From Pseudovirgaria hyperparasitica (taxonomy: Eukaryota), in the NCBI GenBank assembly GCA_010093815.1, contig ML996575.1: DNA of 64,000 bases. One strand, given 5' to 3'. A program made the position numbers and the translations under genes. The notes beneath the pieces are model-generated. The model ran no database searches and was not told where the DNA came from. It saw nothing but the letters and a program-made list of their open reading frames with translations. This document shows positions 59,795 through 64,000 of the stretch, piece after piece (positions within the stretch are counted from its first letter, which is position 1; each line of letters opens with the position of its first letter).

Positions 59795-62700
59795 TTATTC
59801 CTCATCCTCGAAGAAGTTTAGAATGGCCTTCACGGCCATTGGGCCAAGCCCGTGAGGTGGGTAGCACAGATACGACGGATCGCCCTCGGCACCCAGCTTC
59901 TCTCTAAACTCCGACTTGTTCGTGAGCTTGAGCTCAGAAGTGATGGCTTTGTACGCCTTGCTCAGGACCTTGACTCTCGTCTTCTTCAGATTGTGGCCGG
60001 GCGTGAACTCGGAGCTGGCACCACTACCGAACGTGACACTTTCGCAGCCCTTGGCTGCAAGAGCCTTAAGCCCGTGCGAGACAATGTACTCGATCGAACC
60101 TGAAGGGGCACCAGGGAAATCGAGCGCGTACTTGACTTGCCAGCCATGGTCAGGGGAGAGCTGGCACAGGACGAGCAAGCAACAAATCTCGCCGTCTTTG
60201 TCTTGCGCGTAGTGATATTGACGATGCTCCTGGTCTTGCCATGGATGAATGTCAGTAAGATGCATTTGCTTGCCTTTGCGACCCTTGAGCCAGTCTTCGA
60301 CTCGCTTATCAATCCTGTCCTTGATTTCCTGTGGTATTTCTGCGCCTAGTAGATAGTCATGGATCTTGACACCTTCCTTCTCTGCGTGTCTGATCTTGCG
60401 CTGAAGGTCATTGTCATGCGCGGCAGCATTCTTTGAGGTATCGAGACGTTGCTCGGCGACTACGGAAAAGGTACGCCAGTTGAATCTGTTTGCGAGAATC
60501 TCCTCCATCGGGGCACCCACAAGCAGCCATATGGGTTTCAAGTGACGCTCTTTTGTGATATATTTTAGGAACGCGGTCGCGATCTTGATGTATTGAGACT
60601 GGTGACAGAGTGGGTCGCCGGTGATTATGGCGTAGCTGTCGATTTGCTGGAAACCGACCGCAGCCCCAGTCTCGTTGTCTCGCCAGATCTCCATTCGAGG
60701 CTCCAGCCAGGATGTGTTCGTAGCGTCTCCATAATTTGCTATCAGCTTCTCAATTGGTTGAAAGTCCAGATGTGCCGTGACTCGATCGGATCCTTCCCAC
60801 GGAGGGTGCATCGTGCTGGCTTCTGGGTGGCGTAGCTGCTTGACGATTGGCTTCTCTGGCAGGCTCTTTGGATCACGAGGATACATTGAGGCATGTCGAA
60901 TGTCACCAAGGTTTAGGATAAGCATCAGAATGCGCTCTAAACCGATACCGCCGCCACCATGGGGCGGCGCACCCCATTCGAAACCTTGGATATAGTCATC
61001 CATGGACCCACGATCGATTTTTAGCTTCTCCATCTTCTTCAATAGCATGGTTGCGTCATGGATACGCTGACCACCGCTAAGAATCTCCTGCCCGCGCACA
61101 AAAATGTCGAAGGAGTTTGTCCAGGTCTCGTCATTAGGATCTACCATGGCATAAAAAGGCCGTGCAGACGCCGGGAATTTGTCCAGGACGTAATAGTCGG
61201 TTCCGTAGGTCTGCTTGATGACCTTACCAAGCTGTATCTCGTCTCGAGTACCCAGATCTTCATCAATCGGTAACTCATTCCCTTCTTCGTCTCTCCAACC
61301 AGACTCATTCAAGAGCTTGATGGCATCTTTAAAAGGGATTATTGGTGTTTTATCTAGCCATACCAAGTCTTCGTGCGGATATTGCTTCTTGACGACATCA
61401 ATTTCGCGGCGATAGTTCTTGTACAACCCTTCGAAGATATGCTTGAAAGTACCATCGAGGACTCTGAGCACCTCATGGTAATGTTCGTCGATGGCCATCT
61501 CAATATCGAGACCAGTGTACTCGGTCAAGTGGCGATGGGTATTACTGTTCTCTGCTCTAAATACAGCGCCGATTTCGTAAACACGACCAAAGTCACCGGC
61601 AATCGACATCTGTTTAGCCAGTTGAGGGCTTTGTGCCAGGAAGGCAGGCCTACCGAAGTAGTCAATCTTGAAGACACTCGCACCAGATTCAGTAGCACCG
61701 CCTTGTAGTTTTGGTGTGTGGATTTCGATGAAGCCTTGAGTATCCAGGTAGCCGCGGAACAGATTGCAAATGCCTGATTGAACGCGGAAGATACTCTGCG
61801 AAGTAGTGGTACGGAGATCGATGACCCTGTTTGCCAGCCTCGTTCTGTCGGACACCTTGACTCGATGGTCTCCATCATGCTGTGTTTCAGGGGTAGGTAT
61901 CTCTGCTTCATTGACACTGAAGGGTAGGACTTCAGTCACTTGGCCCTCGACGTGCAGAGAGTGGACTGAGATCTCAATATTGTGTATGGTCGTACCGGTA
62001 ACCTGACCCTGACTGACTTTGGGCTCCTGCACGACGCCCCCAACTAGGACAACGCTCTCGACATCCAAATGCTCGGCCCAGTACACGAAAAACTCGGAAA
62101 CATGAGCGTGTTCTGTCAGGACTCCCTGAATCGTCGAGACGCCCTGGCGGAAAACCAAGAAGACCAGCTTGGCGCTCATCTTACGGAGGTGATGGACACG
62201 AGCTCTGAAGAAAACAGTCTTGCCCACATCGTTGGGTGTGAGAGTGGTGACATCGACCCTATCTTCGTGTTTCCATTCGCCTGCATAGATATTGGCACCC
62301 TTGACACCATATTTTGCTCTTGCTTCAGCGCTCTCCTCAGTCTTTGCACGTTCCTCCATGTCTTTCCGTTTCTTTTCTGCTTGCTGTTGGGCTTCTTCTC
62401 TGAGCTTTTTCCTCAACTCTTGGTGTTCTTGCTTTTCGTGCTTCTTTAATTGGTTCTTGCTCATGGGCTCACCATCGCGATTGAGGGGCAATTCGTCGGC
62501 GGAGGAGTCGTCGGCGTCGCCAAGGCCAAGCTTCCCTTTCAAAGCGCGAATCGGACTGTGGGAGCCTAGACTGTTGCGAGAAAATGTGCCACTGCTTCGA
62601 GGAAAGACACCACTGTTGCGTGGTGACTGGCCACGGTTAACGCCTCTGACAGGAGGCGAGGCAACACCTATTGGCGAGGCGCCATTAGGAGTTGCAGCCT

Positions 62701-62860
62701 CTGGAGACTTGACTTGATCGGTAGAAGAGTGGATGATGCCAGATCTCACTGTTTCGTCGTCGCTGGCAGATTGGCTGTTGCTGCTGCTGCCACCAATCTT
62801 GAGCTTGTTGAGGGCCTGCTTGAGCGAGCTCATGCGTTTCTGAGCCGCTGGTTCAGGCAT
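59795..62860 (-). CDS. erdS: Aspartyl-tRNA synthetase fused to a DUF2156/aminoacyl-tRNA transferase domain (ergosteryl-3beta-O-L-aspartate synthase)
   Basis: OB-fold anticodon domain, class II motifs LAQSPQLAKQ, VFRAENSNTHRHLTEY, GQEILSGGQR, PPHGGGGIGLER and YPRDP, then a C-terminal DUF2156-like domain (GDATNTSW, AIITGDPLC, QVKYALDFPGAPSGSIE, VTFG, SEFREKLGA). Confidence 0.92.
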   Translation of the reverse strand: MPEPAAQKRMSSLKQALNKLKIGGSSSNSQSASDDETVRSGIIHSSTDQVKSPEAATPNGASPIGVASPPVRGVNRGQSPRNSGVFPRSSGTFSRNSLGSHSPIRALKGKLGLGDADDSSADELPLNRDGEPMSKNQLKKHEKQEHQELRKKLREEAQQQAEKKRKDMEERAKTEESAEARAKYGVKGANIYAGEWKHEDRVDVTTLTPNDVGKTVFFRARVHHLRKMSAKLVFLVFRQGVSTIQGVLTEHAHVSEFFVYWAEHLDVESVVLVGGVVQEPKVSQGQVTGTTIHNIEISVHSLHVEGQVTEVLPFSVNEAEIPTPETQHDGDHRVKVSDRTRLANRVIDLRTTTSQSIFRVQSGICNLFRGYLDTQGFIEIHTPKLQGGATESGASVFKIDYFGRPAFLAQSPQLAKQMSIAGDFGRVYEIGAVFRAENSNTHRHLTEYTGLDIEMAIDEHYHEVLRVLDGTFKHIFEGLYKNYRREIDVVKKQYPHEDLVWLDKTPIIPFKDAIKLLNESGWRDEEGNELPIDEDLGTRDEIQLGKVIKQTYGTDYYVLDKFPASARPFYAMVDPNDETWTNSFDIFVRGQEILSGGQRIHDATMLLKKMEKLKIDRGSMDDYIQGFEWGAPPHGGGGIGLERILMLILNLGDIRHASMYPRDPKSLPEKPIVKQLRHPEASTMHPPWEGSDRVTAHLDFQPIEKLIANYGDATNTSWLEPRMEIWRDNETGAAVGFQQIDSYAIITGDPLCHQSQYIKIATAFLKYITKERHLKPIWLLVGAPMEEILANRFNWRTFSVVAEQRLDTSKNAAAHDNDLQRKIRHAEKEGVKIHDYLLGAEIPQEIKDRIDKRVEDWLKGRKGKQMHLTDIHPWQDQEHRQYHYAQDKDGEICCLLVLCQLSPDHGWQVKYALDFPGAPSGSIEYIVSHGLKALAAKGCESVTFGSGASSEFTPGHNLKKTRVKVLSKAYKAITSELKLTNKSEFREKLGAEGDPSYLCYPPHGLGPMAVKAILNFFEDEE

Positions 62861-64000
62861 GGTGAAGTATCCCAAGCTCTAGTGAGGAGTAACAAAGAAC
62901 GAACAAAGACGGCAGACGCGTAGAGATGTTGGGTCATGCACCGATAGTATTGTTTGTGTATCCGGCTGGTGGGGCAAGTCTAAGAGGAAAGAAATGACGA
63001 GCGGAAGCTGGCTAGCGACAGAGGCTGGAGCTAGTAATGTACGCGATATACGGAATGGATACTAGCTGCAGGTTGAATGGTAAAGGCTGCCGAGTGGTAG
63101 CGTGTGTATGTATGTGTATGCGTATGCGTACGTAGGTGTATGTGTGGTATTATGGCCAATATTGAAGCGATGGAGACAACAGACAAGACGTGTGAAGGAT
63201 GCTAATAAGCAAGCAAAAGGACAAAACAGAGCGCGCAGTTTGTGCGTCTCCGTGCCCGAAGGAGGCGTCAAAGGCCGGGATAGCTCGGTGACTCGGTTGT
63301 TGACAAGGTTGAGTGGAGCGAGGTCAGATATCGATGGCAGCTGGGGTTGCTCATTATGACGTAACGTGCGTGTGCGTCTTTCAGCACTGGGCAGCAGCAG
63401 GTGAACACAAAGAAAGAATACAGATCTACAGAGTCACAGACACGCCCCCAACTCTTTCAATTTACAGTCACCAATTCATCGCATGAACATTATCATTATC
63501 GTGTATTGTGCCCTTGCAACCCGTGGCGTTCTCTCGCTGTTCCGCCAGCCGAGTGCCCAGCCGGTTGCCGGAAAAGCTTGCTGCTGCCCATGATCGCATT
63601 CCCTGAATCCCTGCGAAATGCCCGTTGTCAATAACATGGCATTCCTCCTGTACACCTCCACCGCCAAGCTAGCTAAGATCTAAATACAAATACTACTGCC
63701 TCTGCTGCCAAGGAGTCTTTGACTCAATACTTGTTATGCATTCTAAGAAGCCGTCCACATATCCTGGCTGGGATAGATAGATAGGGACGAAGCATCATAA
63801 GGTAATACATGTCATCTCCCGAGGTCGATAACCCTTGCGCTGAGTAAGCAAAGCCTCGTCACGGTTCGCTTCGGCAAGGACGACTCACGAGCGTGCCTTC
63901 CTTGACTAATCACCGCTAGCTACTACCAACTACAACTAACTACCACTGATATCACTACTATCACCGGCCACTATCACCACCACCACCACCGCCACCAACC

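Noticed and set aside
58789..59821. ORFs with poly-His, (DDG)n or (MMV)n
   Set aside because: Translations of the (GATGATGGT)n repeat spanning an assembly gap. No evidence of a real gene.

Overview
Gene-dense euchromatin of a filamentous ascomycete. The short GT-AG introns with CTAAC/CTGAC branch points and the gene content suggest Pezizomycotina, plausibly a Dothideomycete (inference). About 17 protein-coding genes are supported: a PWWP-type protein (partial), PWI/SRm160, an orphan acidic protein, a SET-domain protein, a Baeyer-Villiger monooxygenase, an Esc1/SclR-like bHLH factor between two ~7 kb ORF-poor tracts, an F-box-like orphan, nucleolin (NSR1/gar2), ALG6, RanGAP (RNA1), a vWA + Zn-ribbon + RBR-type ligase, two uncharacterised membrane proteins, a RAD53-type FHA-kinase-FHA, PEX6, an atypical SDR, and the AspRS-DUF2156 fusion ErdS. 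Best leads: (1) a ~430-nt, strongly base-paired 5'-UTR intron in the nucleolin gene, a candidate intron-hosted ncRNA or autoregulatory element; (2) recurring sharp C/A-rich to G/T-rich skew switches that ignore gene orientation; (3) the vWA-RBR protein; (4) an SDR lacking YxxxK with odd 3' splice sites. I recognised no tRNA, rRNA, CRISPR array or intact transposon. All family calls come from motif recognition by eye, not from database searches.
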